Positions 9,170 to 18,582 of a DNA stretch of 19,873 nucleotides are shown here, in pieces. The DNA is from Myxococcales bacterium (GTDB lineage Bacteria; Myxococcota_A; UBA9042), in NCBI GenBank assembly GCA_037441385.1, contig JBBISH010000117.1, positions 1-19,873 on the forward strand, in the 5' to 3' direction. Under the pieces are notes generated by a model, which was given only the letters and a program-made list of their open reading frames with translations, did not search any database and was not told the DNA's origin. The stretch's first letter is position 1; each line of letters begins with the position of its first letter. Both the position numbers and the translations under genes were made by a program.

Positions 9170-9281
9170 CGGTTCCTCGGCGTGGGCGCGCGGGCTGCGC
9201 CGGCCAAGGCTTGTAGAGGGGATGCGCGCCGTTGGCAAGGGGGCCCACGCCGATGGGGGCTTGTGGCGAAATGGGCGCGAG

Positions 9282-12200
9282 CTACTTGACGCGCCACAGC
9301 ATGGCCGCTTGGCCTTGCGAGACCCCGTTGATGGGAACCAGGGCGCCGCCCGAGGCGTCTTTGGCCACCGAGCCGGTGATGTAGACATAGCCGTCGACCG
9401 GGTCGTTCCAGATGCGCGTGACGCTCAAGTGTCCGGGGTTGTTGGCGTCGCAGTTCACCGCCGTCGCGCCGCTGATCATCATCTTGTCCCAGGTCCAGGC
9501 GGTGCCGTTGGCGGTGCCGTGCAGGACAAACAGGTAGTTGCACGGGCTCTGGATCGCCACACCGGCCACCCACGCGTCGTTGGCCCGTACCAGCACCCCC
9601 GCCGGCTTCAAAGTCGAGGCCGCAAACGACGACCAGCCCGAGGGCATGGGTGGGTTCGGCGCCTCGGCGACCCAAGTGCCGGGGCCCGAGAAGCGCGCAA
9701 TGTGGGCGGTATTGGTCGACGTGTAGCCCACCGCCAGCACGTGGCTGTCGTTGGAGCCGTGAACGCCCGTGACGGTGGCGCCCGACGGGAATTGGTAGGC
9801 CCACGAGCTCGAAGCGGTGCTGGCCTGGAACGCGCCACCCGGCGAGTAGGTGGCGCAGGTGCTGTTCATCGAATTGTTAGAGCCCCATTGGCTCACGACC
9901 GCCGCGGGCGAAGCGCCCTGAATGTTCACGGCAAAGAAGGCCTCGTCCGGCGACACCGCATAGATGCCGGCCAGGTTGGCCGGGACAAAGGCGGCCTTGC
10001 ACTCGGCGAGCGTGGTCGCATAGCCGTTGTACACGCCCAGCTCGCCGTAGCCGGTGCCGCTGCCCATGGTGGCCCAAGAGTTGCTGGCCGACAGCCACTT
10101 GGTGCGATACAGAGTCGACTTGGGCGTGATGTTGGTGGGCGAGTCCAGGTTGCCGCCCATGAAGTACGTCTCGTCGCTGGTGGTGCCATCCGGGCCCTGC
10201 ATGGCGTGCCGCAGGACGCGCAGGCCGTCGCTCAGCGTCGGGCCGCCCGAAATCTGCCAACCGTTGGTGGACGAGTACAGGCCGGTTTGCGAAACGTAGT
10301 CGTTGACCGTTGGCACCGTGACGCCGCCGCCCGCCAGCAACCGCTTGGCCACCACCCAGATTTCGCGTGGCGTCGTGCCAAACACCTGCTGAACCAGGGT
10401 AGGCGGCGATGCGGCCGTACCCACCTGGAAGATCGCCGACTGCGGCGACCCGCCAGCGTTCACGCCAAAGCCGCTGGCCACCACGTTGCCGTCGGCGCCC
10501 CGCGTGATGCTGGTCAGGCGGCCCACCGACACACCTGCCGGCGACCACGGTGCGTTCAGGGCGCTTTGCTCCAGACCGGTGCACTTGCCCATCGAGCAGA
10601 ACGCATACCACTGCGTGGCCGAGGCGGAGCAGGTGGTGCCGTTGGCCACGTTGGCGTAGCTGCAGTCGCCGGTCGAAGCGTTGCACGAGTCTGTGGTGCA
10701 CGCGTTGTTGTCGTCGCATTTGTTGCCGCTGCCCGCGACGCAGCCGCCCTGGGCGCAGATATCGCCCACGGTGCACGGGTTGTTGTCGTTGCAGGGCGCT
10801 TGGTTGGGGACAAAGATGCAGGCGCCGGTCAGCGCGTCGCACAAGTCGTCGGTGCAGCTGTTGCCGTCGTTGCAGGGCGAGCCTGTGCCGCTGCACTTGT
10901 CGTTGGCGAGGTGTCTTGGTTGGTGCAAGGCGAGCCGTCGTCGCAGGCGGCCTTGGAGCTCCAGCCGCTGGCGTTCGCAGTGGCGTCGCACCACAAGCAT
11001 GAATTGGCGGGGTTCCACTGCCCGGATGCCACGCAGACGTTGCCGATGGTGCACGGCGCCGTGAGGTCGCGGATGCGGCGGATCGTGTGGTTGTACTGGT
11101 CGGCGATGTAGATTGTGCCCGCCGCGTCGACCGCGATGCCGGCGGGCAGGTAGAAGCTGGCGGTGGCGGCTGCGCCGTCGGCCGCGCCCAAGCCGTTGCC
11201 CGCCAGGGTGGTGACGCCGTTGCCGCTGCCGCGGCGAATGCGACCGTTGTAGCTGTCCGAGATCAGGACCGACACGCCAGAGGGCACGGGTTGGATGGCC
11301 AACCCCGCCGGGTAGCTGAACCTGGCGTAGATCGGCGTGATGCTGTCCAAGAAGCCCGACGTGCCATCGCCGCCGGCCGTCGACACATTGCCGGCGCTGC
11401 TGACGTAGCGGATGCGGTGGTTGTTCATGTCCGCCACCCACAGCGCGCCCTTGGCATCAAATGCGAGCGAAATGGGGCCGTTGAACTTGGCCTGGCCGGG
11501 ACCACCGTCTTGGGAGCCGGCGCCCAGGCCGCCCGCCAACGTGGTGACGTGGTCGCTAAAGATGAGGCGAATCGCGTTGTTGCCGGTGTCGGCCACGGCG
11601 ATGAGGCCCGTAGCACTCACGGCGATGCCCTTGGGGCCGTTGAACTTGGACTTGTCGAGCGAGCTGTTCAAGTAGCCCGGCCCAGCCATGCCGGTCAGGG
11701 TCGACACGGTAGTGTCCACGGCGATCGACCGGATCTTCGAGTTGTTTGCGTCGGCCACGAGCAGCACATCTCCTGGGGCAATTGCCAGCGCCGCCGGCAC
11801 GTTGAAGGTGGCCGCCGTGCCCACGCCGTCGGTATCGCCGATGACCCCGACCTTGCCGGCGATCGTGCCCGCCGTGCCGTTCAGCCCCAGCGACCGAATC
11901 AGGTGATTGGCCGAGTCAGCCACGAACAGCGCGTTGACCTTCGCCGAATACGTAATCCCGGTCGGCGAGTTGAAGCGCGCCTTGCTGCCCACGCCGTCGG
12001 CATAGCTGCCCGAACCGTAGCCGTTGTTGGGGTTGGGCACCGCGCCCGCCAGCGTGTCGACCCACACCTGGTTGCCACCCTTGCACGTGCCGCCGCTGCA
12101 GGCCTCGCCCGCGGTGCAGTCGTTGCCGTCGTCGCACGGGGTCATGTTGGCCACCGTCTGGTATTGGCAGCCGGCGGTCTTGTCGCAAGTGTCGATGGTG

Positions 12201-15200
12201 CACTGGTTCTTGTCGTCGCAGTTGACGGCGGTGCCCACGCACGCGCCCGCGTTGCAGGTGTCGTTCAGCGTGCAGGCGCTGCCGTCGCTGCAAGCCGCGG
12301 TGTTGTTGACATTCTTGCAGCCCGTCGCCATGTCGCAGCTGTCGGTGGTGCACGGGTTGTTGTCGCCGCAATTGGGCGCGGCACCGCCCACGCAGGCGCC
12401 GCCGCTGCACAGGTCGCCTGTGGTGCAGGCGTTGCTGTCGTTGCACGCAGCCGTGTTGTTCACCTTCTTGCAGCCGGTGGCGCTGTCGCAACTGTCTGTG
12501 GTGCACGGGTTGTTGTCGTCGCAGTTGAGCGCGGCGCCGCCGACGCAGACACCGGCGTTGCAGACATCGTTGGTGGTGCAGGCGTTGTTGTCGTTGCAGG
12601 CGAGGGTGTTGTTGGCGTACGCACACTTGCCGCTGGTGCACGCGTCGGTGGTACAGGGGTTGCCGTCGCCGCAGTCCGAGACCGCCGCGCAGTTGCCGCC
12701 GCAGCCGATGATCGGCTTGAACACGCAGGCGCCGTCGGATGGGTTGCAGCTGTCGCTGGTGCACTTGTCGTTGTCGTTGCACGGGAACAGCGGTCCGGGG
12801 ACGCAGGAGCCGCCCGAACACGCGTCGTTTTGCGTGCATACATTGCCGTCTGTGCAGGCCGCCGTGTTGTTGGTGTGCTTGCAGCCCGCGGTGGGGTCGC
12901 AGCTGTCGGTGGTGCACACGATGCTGTCGTCGCAGTTGAGGGCCGCGCCGCCCACGCACGCGCCGCCGGAGCAAGTGTCGCTGGTGGTGCACGCGCTGCC
13001 GTCGCTGCACGGCAGGGTGTTGTTCACGTGCTTGCAGCCGGTCGCTGAGTCGCAGCTATCGGTCGAGCAGACTTTGCCATCGTCGCAGTTGAGGGCGACG
13101 GGGCCGGTGCAAACGCCGCCGGCGCATATGTCGCCGTTGGTGCACGCGTTGCCGTCGCTGCAGGTGGCGGTGTTGTTGGTGTAGGCGCAGGCGCCCGTGC
13201 TGGTGGTGCAGCTGTCGTCCGTGCAGACCTTGCCGTCGTCGCAGTTCTTGGCCGCACCTGGCTTGCACACGCCGGCCGCGCAGACGTCGCCGATCGTGCA
13301 GGCGTTGTTGTCGGTGCAAGCGCTGGTGTTGTTCACGTAGGTGCATTTGCCGTCGGCCGGGTTGCACGAGTCGTTGGTGCACGGGTTGGTGTCGTCGCAG
13401 ACCTTGGCCGCACCCGACTTGCAGCTACCGCCGCTGCAGGTGTCGCTCAGCGTGCACGGGTTGCCGTCGTCGCAAGGCGCGGTGTTCGAAGGCGCGCTAC
13501 ACTTGCCATTGGTGCATTGGTCGTCGGTGCACAGGTTGCCGTCGTTGCAGTCGGCCGCGCTCGCGCAGTTGCCGCCACAGCCGATCTTGGGCGCGTACAG
13601 GCACTTGCCGTCGGCCGGGTTGCACGAGTCGTTGGTGCACGCGTCGTTGTCGTTGCACACCACCGCCGTGCCTGCCTTGCAGGCGCCTTGACTGCATACG
13701 TCTTGCAGGGTGCACTTGTTGCCGTCGTCGCAGGCGGCGCTGTTCGCCGCGTAGGTGCACGCGCCGCTGGTCTTGTCGCAGCTGTCGTCGGTGCACACCT
13801 TGCCGTCGTCGCAGTTTTTGTTGGCGCCGGGCATGCACTTGGACTGGCTACACACGTCACCTTGGGTGCAGGCGTTGTTGTCCGTGCAGCTCAGCGTGTT
13901 GGCTACGTTCTTGCACGCGCCGGTGGCGGCGTCGCAGCTGTCGGTCGTGCAGGGATTTTGATCGTCGCAGTTCTTTGGGGCGCCGGACTGGCACTTGGAC
14001 TGGCTACAGACGTCTTGCAGCGTGCAGGCATTGCCGTCGTCGCAGGTGGCGGCGTTGGCGGTGGCCTTGCATTCGCCGCTGGTGGGGTCGCACGCGTCGT
14101 CGGTGCAGGGGTTGCCGTCGTTGCAGGCGATCGGCTTGCCGGGCTGGCACTTGCTGCTGCCACACACGTCGCCCGCTGTGCACGCGTTGCCGTCGTCGCA
14201 GTTGGCCGTGTTGGCGGCGTTGCTGCAGGCGCCGGTCTTGCTGTCGCACGCGTCGGTGGTGCACGGGTTGCCGTCGTCGCAGACCTTGGCCGAGCCGGGC
14301 TTGCAGGCGCCGCTGGCGCACACGTCGCCTACCGTGCAGCCGTTGGCGTCGTCGCAGTTGGCGGTGCTGGGCGGGAAAGCGCACTTGCCGCCGACGCACG
14401 AGTCGGTGGTGCACACGTTGCCGTCTGTGCAGTCGCCCGCGCTGGTGCAGTTGCCGCCGCAGCCCGTGATGGGCTTGTAGACGCAGTTGCCGCTGGCGGG
14501 ATCGCACGTGTCGTTGGTGCAGGTGTCGCTGTCGGCGCAGACCTTGGCGGCGCCGGCCTTGCAGGCCCCGGCTGCGCAGATGTCGCCGATGGTGCAGGCG
14601 TCGCCGTCGCTGCAGTCAGTCGTATTGGCTACGTTTTTGCACGCGGCGGTGGCGGCATCGCAGCTGTCGTTGGTGCACGGGTTGTTGTCTTCGCACGACT
14701 TGGCGGTGCCGCTGGCACACGTGCCGCCGCTGCACGCGTCGCCCTGCGTACAGGCGTCGCCGTCGCTGCACGGGGCGCTGCTGTTGGAGTACAGGCACTT
14801 GCCAGTCTTGGGGTCGCAGCTGTCGTTGGTGCACAAGTTGCCGTCGTCGCAGTTGACGGGGCCGCCCGCGAGGCAGCCGCCGTCGTCGCATACATCGCCT
14901 TGGGTGCATGGGTCTTTGTCGTCGCACGGCGCCGAGTTGGGGGTGCTGCCGCAGGTCCCCGATTGCTTGTCGCACGCATCCGCGGTGCAAGGATTGCCGT
15001 CGTCGCAGACCTTGGCGGTGCCGGCGACGCAGGCCGCGGCCGCACATACGTCGCCCAGCGTGCATGCGTCATTGTCGCTGCACGGTGCGGCGTTGGCGGT
15101 CGACGCGCAGTTGCCCTTGGCGCACGAGTCGTCGGTGCAGGGGTTGCCGTCGTCGCAGTTCTTCTGCGAAAGGCCTTTGCACAAGCCGGCCTGGCAGGTG

Positions 15201-16669
15201 TCGGCCAGGGTGCAGGCGTCGCCGTCGTCGCATGCCGCGGCGGTGGGCAGGAACACGCACTTGCCGCTGAGGCATGCGGCGGTGTTGCAGACGTCGCCCG
15301 ACTTGCAGTCGGCGGTGGTCGTGCAGACGTCGCCGCAGCCGGCAATGGGCGCGTGGGTGCAGTCGCCTGTGGTGCCGTCGCAGCTGTCGCTGGTGCAGAT
15401 GTCGCTGTCGACGCACTGCTTTTGCGCACCACCGGTGCACTTGCCCTCTACGCAGACGTCGCCCACGGTGCATCCGTCGCCGTCTTCGCAGGTTGCGGCA
15501 TTGAAGGCGTAGCTGCAGGCGCCCGTCGTGGCGTCGCAACTGTCGATCGTGCACGGATTTTGATCGTCGCAGCCCAGCGCCGCGCCGGGAATGCACTTGC
15601 CGCCCGCGCAGGCGTCGCCGACCGTGCACGAGTTGCCGTCGCTGCACGCATCGGTGGTCGGGGTGGCGGCGCAGGCGCCGTCGATGGGGTTGCACAGGTC
15701 GTTCGTGCAGCCGTTGCCGTCGTCGCAGATCTTGGCGGTGCCGGGCTTGCAGGTGCCGCCCACACAGGCGTCGCCCACGGTGCAGGCGTCGTTGTCGCTG
15801 CACGCGGCGGTGGCGAGATCGTGCAAGCAGCCCACTTTGCTGTCGCAAGAATCGGTGGTGCAGGCATTGCCGTCGTCGCAGTTGGTGATTTCGCCGCCGC
15901 TGCACAGGCCCTTGCCGTTGCAGGTGGTGCTGCTGGTGCACGCGTCGCCGTCGTCGCACTTGAGGCCAGAGAGCTTGGGGGCCGCGGCGCACTCGCCGCC
16001 GATGCACTTGGCGTTGTTGCAGTCGTCTGCGCCGCAGGTCATCGGCGTGCCCTTGCACTTGCCGCCCAGGCACTTGTCGTCCACGGTGCACGAATCGCTG
16101 TCGCTGCAGCCCGCGCCGTCGTCGTCGGTGTAGGTGCAGCCCTTGGCGGGGAGGCACGCGTCGGCGGTGCAGGGGTTGTTGTCGTCGCAGACTTTGGCCT
16201 TGCCGCCCGCGCACTTCCCTCCGCTGCAGGTCGCGCCCGTGACGCAGGCATTGCCGTCGCTGCACGACGCGCCGTCCGCGTTGATGTGCTCGCAAGTGCC
16301 TGTGCTGCCGCACTTGTCTTCAGTGCACGGGTTGTCGTCGTTGCAGCCGCCCGCGCAGCCCAAGCCCGTGTCGCTAGTGTCGGACGTGTCGCTGGTGTCG
16401 GACGTGTCGAACTGCACATCGTCGCCGGCTAGGGTGTCGATGCCGCCGCTGCCGGTGTCGGTGCCTACGTCGCCCGCATCGGCCAGCGGGCCCACGTCGG
16501 CGTCTTGGTCGATGAATCGCGCCGCCTCGGGGACCTGCACGTTGCAGCCCGCCGCCCACATCGCCGCCCACATCGCTACCCACAGCCCGAGCCAGACCGG
16601 CAGCCTGCGTCGAGCGTCCCAGAATTTGGCCAGCGGCAGGCGCCGGCCGCCACTCGTCGCCAATGGCAT
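9282..16669 (-). CDS. Giant cysteine-rich lipoprotein B (~2460 aa when repaired): lipobox, acidic linker, Cys-repeat stalk, NHL beta-propeller, short Cys region, C-terminal domain; 1-bp frameshift at 10908/10909
   Basis: Track ORFs 10829..16771 and 9282..11441 join into one repeat-consistent protein (CDDGSPCTNQDT[C]ANDKCSGTGSPCNDGNSC) if one base is restored. The signal peptide ends ...LGLWVAMWAAMWAAG-C (Cys at 16544-16546). The start is either ATG 16669 or ATG 16699. Confidence 0.88.
11070..12067 (-). other. NHL-repeat six-bladed beta-propeller domain in lipoprotein B
   Basis: Six F-x-x-P-x-(G/A/S)-(I/L)...(V/I)(A/S)D-x-x-N-x-x-IR repeats, beginning FNSPTGI, FNVPAAL, FNGPKGI, FNGPISL, FSYPAGL and FYLPAGI, separated by T(L/I/A)(A/T/G)G...G..D/N linkers. 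Confidence 0.9.
12075..16360 (-). repeat. Cys-rich stalk of lipoprotein B with a higher-order node (P..GCGGNC...DC) every 292-294 aa
   Basis: The node GC codons lie at 15335, 14459, 13577 and 12701 (spacings 876, 882, 876 bp). Alternating CxDGNxCTxGDxC and CDDxNPCTxDSC modules fill the intervals. Confidence 0.9.
16368..16409 (-). repeat. 9-bp tandem repeat encoding DTSDTSDTSDTSDT in the acidic linker of lipoprotein B
   Basis: gtgtcgcta gtgtcggac gtgtcgctg gtgtcggac gtgtcg on the plus strand. Confidence 0.8.
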
Positions 16670-16713
16670 CCAAGTACGGATTCGCGTAGGGAAGTTCATG
16701 ATGTTTGCACCCG

Positions 16714-16730
16714 AGCCGATTTCGTGCCCA
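16714..16730 (-). promoter_or_regulatory. Possible sigma54 (-24/-12) promoter for gene B
   Basis: The minus strand reads TG-GG-CACGAAATCG-GC-T, i.e. GG-N10-GC with a consensus-like GGCACG. The -12 box is CGGCT instead of TTGCW. Confidence 0.35.
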
Positions 16731-16965
16731 ATTGGTTTGAGAATCGTATGGTTTCGCTGGCGGCCCGTCAAGGCGCCCAGCTTGAGTCTGCGTGAGGCTG
16801 TGGGGCGCGGCGACCCTTGCCGAACCCCTGCAAAACTAGCTAGACTTGCCCGGGTGCGACGCGGGCATGGCTACTACGGCTCGCCAGGGTGCGCGCCAGA
16901 CCCGGTCTGGTCGGCCCGCAACGGTTCCGGTCGCCCCAACAAGGTCCTCTACGGAGTCTAAGTCC

Positions 16966-18582
16966 ATGTCCGACCAACCGGCCCCGCCGCCTCCACCCCC
17001 CCGCAACTCGCTGGGCGGGCGCGGCATCGGCGATGTGGTGGCCGGCCGCTACCGGATCACCGGTGTGGTCGGCAAAGGTGCGATGGGCGCGGTCTATGCC
17101 GCCGAGCACACCGCGACCGGCCAGAAAGTCGCGTTGAAATTCATGATCGTCGGCGACGAAGACGGTCAGGAGTTCATCGTCCGCTTCGAGCAGGAAGCCA
17201 AGGTGATGGCCGGGCTGCGCAGCTCGAACACCATTCGCATCTACGACTTTGGCCACACCGACGACGGCGCGCTGTTCATGGCCATGGAATTGCTGGTGGG
17301 CCAGCCGCTGGACAAGCACTTGCGCGAACTGCAGCGCGAAGGCTTGGCGATGACCGAGCGCGAGGCGCTGCAGGTGGCCGTGCAGATGCTCCGCAGCCTG
17401 GGCGAGGCCCACGGTCTGGGCTTGGTGCACCGCGACATGAAGCCCGGCAACGTCTTTTTGAACGACGACGGTAGCGGCGACACCATGGTCAAGGTGCTGG
17501 ATTTTGGCCTGGCGCGGGTGAACAACTCGGCGCTGACCAACGTGGGGCGCATCCTGGGTACGCCGGCCTATATGTCGCCGGAACAGTGGCAAGGCGCGTC
17601 GGTGGGTCCGTCTGCCGACATCTATGCCGTGGGCTGCATGCTGTACGCGATGGTTACGGGTGACCCGCCCTACATGGCCGGCGAAAACGTGCTGTCGCTG
17701 ATGCACAAGCACTGCGCCGAAGACATCCCAGACCCGCGCGACAAGGCCAAAGCCCCTTTGACAGACGGCTTTGTGCAGATCATGAGTCGGGCGATGGCCA
17801 AGAAAGCCGAAGAACGCTTCAAGGACGCCAAGACCATGCGCGCGGCGATGGAAGCGCTGCTAGGCGGTAGTTGGACGTCTTCGTCGATCAACCTGGCCGT
17901 GTCGTCGCAGTTGACCATCGACGTGGGCAAATCGGCGAACAAGTCGCAGACCAAGGTGGTGGTGGACTCGGGCCAGTTCCCGGCCGAGCAGGCCACCGTC
18001 GCGGCCGATAGCGCCGTGGCGCTGCGCACTGCGCAAAAGAGCCAAAAGAATCTCGTCGCGTCCTCGCACGACGATGCCACGATCGCGGCCGACGTGGCCA
18101 TGGTGCGCGCCGCTTCCGTAGCGAGCGCCACTGGTTCGATGCCGGCGCCCGCGGCTGCGGCCCTGGCGGCTGGAATGCCCGCTGCGCCCGCGGCCAAAGG
18201 CCCACCCTGGGTTGCGATTGGCGGCGGAGTGCTGGTCTTGGCGGCCGTGGGTGCGTTTTTGGCGCTGCGTGGCAGCCCGGCGCCGGCGCCCAGTCCTGCG
18301 CCCGTTGCGGCCCCGGCTCAGGCACAGACTCCGGCTCCGACACCAGTCCCCGCTCCGGTTCAGGCACAGGTTCCGGCTCCGACAGCGATTCCGGCTCCCG
18401 CTCCGGTCGCGGCCCCGGCCCCGATAGCTGCTCCGGCCCCCGTGGCAGCCCCCGCGGCGGCCCCTGCGGCGGCCCCTGCCAACCCAGAAACCGCAGCTGG
18501 CACTGCGGGCGCGCCCAAAGCCAAGGCCGCCGCCAAAGTGCCGGCCAAGAAGAAGGCAGCAACCCTTGAAACCGTCGACTGA
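16966..18582 (+). CDS. Hanks-type (Pkn2-like) Ser/Thr protein kinase, single transmembrane helix, Pro/Ala-rich tail (538 aa)
   Basis: GKGAMGAV, VALK, RFEQE, HRDMKPGN, DFG, GTPAYMSPE and DIYAVG are all intact. The TM segment is WVAIGGGVLVLAAVGAFLAL. ATG at 16966 has a GGAG RBS at 16953-16956. Confidence 0.95.
   Translation: MSDQPAPPPPPPRNSLGGRGIGDVVAGRYRITGVVGKGAMGAVYAAEHTATGQKVALKFMIVGDEDGQEFIVRFEQEAKVMAGLRSSNTIRIYDFGHTDDGALFMAMELLVGQPLDKHLRELQREGLAMTEREALQVAVQMLRSLGEAHGLGLVHRDMKPGNVFLNDDGSGDTMVKVLDFGLARVNNSALTNVGRILGTPAYMSPEQWQGASVGPSADIYAVGCMLYAMVTGDPPYMAGENVLSLMHKHCAEDIPDPRDKAKAPLTDGFVQIMSRAMAKKAEERFKDAKTMRAAMEALLGGSWTSSSINLAVSSQLTIDVGKSANKSQTKVVVDSGQFPAEQATVAADSAVALRTAQKSQKNLVASSHDDATIAADVAMVRAASVASATGSMPAPAAAALAAGMPAAPAAKGPPWVAIGGGVLVLAAVGAFLALRGSPAPAPSPAPVAAPAQAQTPAPTPVPAPVQAQVPAPTAIPAPAPVAAPAPIAAPAPVAAPAAAPAAAPANPETAAGTAGAPKAKAAAKVPAKKKAATLETVD

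Noticed and set aside
9170..9281. Intrinsic terminator after gene B
   Set aside because: Only weak, imperfect GC-rich stems are present, with no U-tract on the minus strand.
10895..10925. Programmed frameshift or phase-variable tract
   Set aside because: There is no homopolymer, simple-sequence repeat or X_XXY_YYZ heptamer at the junction.
10909..11441. N-terminal part of track ORF 9282..11441 as an independent gene
   Set aside because: It is an off-frame reading of the NHL region. Only the part from 10907 downward is protein-like, and it continues gene B.
8847..16961. Plus-strand ORFs 8847..11111, 11087..13048, 13517..16432 and similar
   Set aside because: They are shadows of gene B and ivd, with no independent domain signal.
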